Source: a bacterium
GTDB lineage: Bacteria > Zhuqueibacterota > Zhuqueibacteria > Residuimicrobiales > Krinioviventaceae
Direction of reading: 5' to 3'
Length of the DNA stretch: 64,000 nucleotides
NCBI GenBank assembly: GCA_963693055.1
Contig: OY843751.1
Span: 128,001 to 192,000, forward strand
A program made the translations under genes and the position numbers. Position 1 is the first letter of the stretch; each line of letters opens with the position of its first letter. Shown here one piece after another: positions 62,275 to 64,000 of this stretch. The notes below the pieces were generated by a model, which was given only the letters and a program-made list of their open reading frames with translations, ran no database searches and had not been told where the DNA came from.

Positions 62275-62323
62275 ATTTCCATATAAAATGAATAGTATTC
62301 ATTTTTTCAAAAGGAGTTGTGTG

Positions 62324-64000
62324 ATGTTAAAAAAACAAGTGATTGTTTGGTTTCTCTTGTTGTTACTTCCGGCAGTAATGTTTGCCGGTACAACAGGGAA
62401 AATTGTCGGTAAAGTGATTGATAAGGATACAAAAGATCCTTTGCCGGCAGTGAATGTCCTGATTGAAGGCACAAAGATGGGTGCAGCAACGAATTTGAAT
62501 GGTGAGTTTTTCATCATAAATATTCCTGCGGGCTCTTATTCTTTACGTGCTGAAATGATTGGTTATTCGCCAATGCTCATTACTGATGTCAGAGTTAAGG
62601 CTGACTTGACTGCAAAGATAACTTTTAATCTTGAACCTACGATTCTTGAAGCCGGGGAAACCGTTACGGTCACCGCTGAGCGTCCCCTGATTCAGATGGA
62701 TCAAACTTCAAGCCGTACAGTTACCAGCAGTGAAGAAGTTGAGCATATGTCGATTGACTCTTTCGAGGATGTAGTTGCAACATCTGCGGGTATAGTTGTT
62801 GATGATAATGGTAATATGCACGCTCGTGGTGGTAGAACGAGTGAGGTTACCTATTTACTCGACAACTCGACCAATATTATGGATCCGCTTTCCGGTCAGT
62901 TTGATACAGACCTTCCGGAACTTGCTATTGAAGAAACAGCAGTTATGACCGGTGGATTTAGTGCAGAGTATGGTAATGCACAATCCGGTATCATTAACGT
63001 TGTTACCAAAGATGGTGGTCCGGTTCTTTCAGGTACCGTTCGTTACAGTACCAGTGCTCTTGACGGATGGGGTTCAACCGTTCGTGAAGATGAGGTGGTT
63101 GAAAATCGTCATAATCCCGAGTTCTCTATTGGTGGCCCTGTTCCATTCACCAAAGCAATTGGAGTTCCCGGTGAATTGCGTTATTTTCTCACGGGATGGT
63201 ATGAAAAATCTGATGGTCGTTTTGTAAATCAGGAAAGTGAATCAGGGACCTATCAGGGTAAAGTAACTTATAAAATTTCTCCAAGTCACACTTTGAGAAT
63301 TAAAGGCCTTTACCATAAAAAAGATTGGGATTATTTTTCATCAAACAGTGGCTACGGTGCGGAATGGAAAGTTCCTACTGTTGAAGATTTGAGTGAAAAA
63401 TATAAACCGTTTGGTGATCTGAATAATGACGGTGTTGATGATAATTCCGGTTATATCCCGGGATGGTACAACAATGGCATGCTTGACACAGAAGATATTA
63501 ATGGTAACAACTATTTGGATCCTGGTGAAGATTTGAACGGCAATGAGATTCTAGACCGTGAAGATCTTAACTATAATGGTAAGCTTGATGTGTTCAATAT
63601 GCTTGATCATCTTGCACAGTTGCAAGAAGAAAGCAATCAGCTTGCAATTACCTGGACTCATCAATTAAGTTCAAAAACTTTTTACGAATTACATATTGAT
63701 AGATATTATACACGTTTTTTCCAGAATGCTAATGAACAAATCAATGAAGATCGTGACGGCGATGGAAAATTGGACGCTGTAAGCGAAAATGTTGATTTGA
63801 ATGGTGACGGCACTATTGACAAATGGGAATGGAAAGATTTTGATGGTGATGGATATTTTGATAATGTTGCTGAAGATTTGAATGGTAATGGTAAACTTGA
63901 TGCTTATGGCACTGATCTGTTTACCGACTTTAACTCTGATGGTTATGTAGATGCTTCTCAAGATGCCTATCCAAATGATCCTAGTAAATGGATGAGCTGT
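62324..64000 (+). CDS. TonB-dependent receptor with carboxypeptidase-regulatory-like N-domain, truncated by window edge
   Basis: Not in ORF track because it has no stop. MLKKQ...AGTTGKIVGKVIDKDTKDPLPAVNVLIEGT, HARGGRTSEVTYLLD, GGFSAEYGNAQSGIINVVTK plug motifs; SD AAGGAG. Confidence 0.92.
   Translation, partial: MLKKQVIVWFLLLLLPAVMFAGTTGKIVGKVIDKDTKDPLPAVNVLIEGTKMGAATNLNGEFFIINIPAGSYSLRAEMIGYSPMLITDVRVKADLTAKITFNLEPTILEAGETVTVTAERPLIQMDQTSSRTVTSSEEVEHMSIDSFEDVVATSAGIVVDDNGNMHARGGRTSEVTYLLDNSTNIMDPLSGQFDTDLPELAIEETAVMTGGFSAEYGNAQSGIINVVTKDGGPVLSGTVRYSTSALDGWGSTVREDEVVENRHNPEFSIGGPVPFTKAIGVPGELRYFLTGWYEKSDGRFVNQESESGTYQGKVTYKISPSHTLRIKGLYHKKDWDYFSSNSGYGAEWKVPTVEDLSEKYKPFGDLNNDGVDDNSGYIPGWYNNGMLDTEDINGNNYLDPGEDLNGNEILDREDLNYNGKLDVFNMLDHLAQLQEESNQLAITWTHQLSSKTFYELHIDRYYTRFFQNANEQINEDRDGDGKLDAVSENVDLNGDGTIDKWEWKDFDGDGYFDNVAEDLNGNGKLDAYGTDLFTDFNSDGYVDASQDAYPNDPSKWMSC

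Overview
Bacterial chromosome segment, probably FCB-group and KSB1/Calditrichota-like. This is an inference from a QNYPNPFNP C-terminal sorting domain, a GTTGKI-type TonB-dependent receptor, sigma70-type TTGACA promoters and Shine-Dalgarno use. Housekeeping blocks (cspA fragment, trxA, manC, manA, lepA-lepB-lepB-hemW, bshA-bcp, tRNA-Leu-tig-clpP-clpX-engB) alternate with carbohydrate-active and envelope genes, a TetR/RND efflux locus and six paralog pairs. The most unusual region is 19.1-22.1 kb. A mosaic of REP-like palindromes is followed by two 1121-bp-offset units, each a promoter, a ~210-nt near-identical structured leader, an outer-membrane beta-barrel gene with a divergent body but identical 3' end, and a 24-bp palindrome. 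Other candidates: a low-GC deaminase-HATPase_c_4-wHTH fusion (possible defence gene), a serine palmitoyltransferase with a divergent reductase, a LarA-family enzyme in a bshA operon, a nonsense-inactivated HEPN toxin, a triple-lesion pseudogene, and a TonB receptor with Ca-binding loop repeats behind a leader terminator. No CRISPR array, transposase, integrase or reverse transcriptase was recognised. All calls are by-eye motif recognition; no searches were run.
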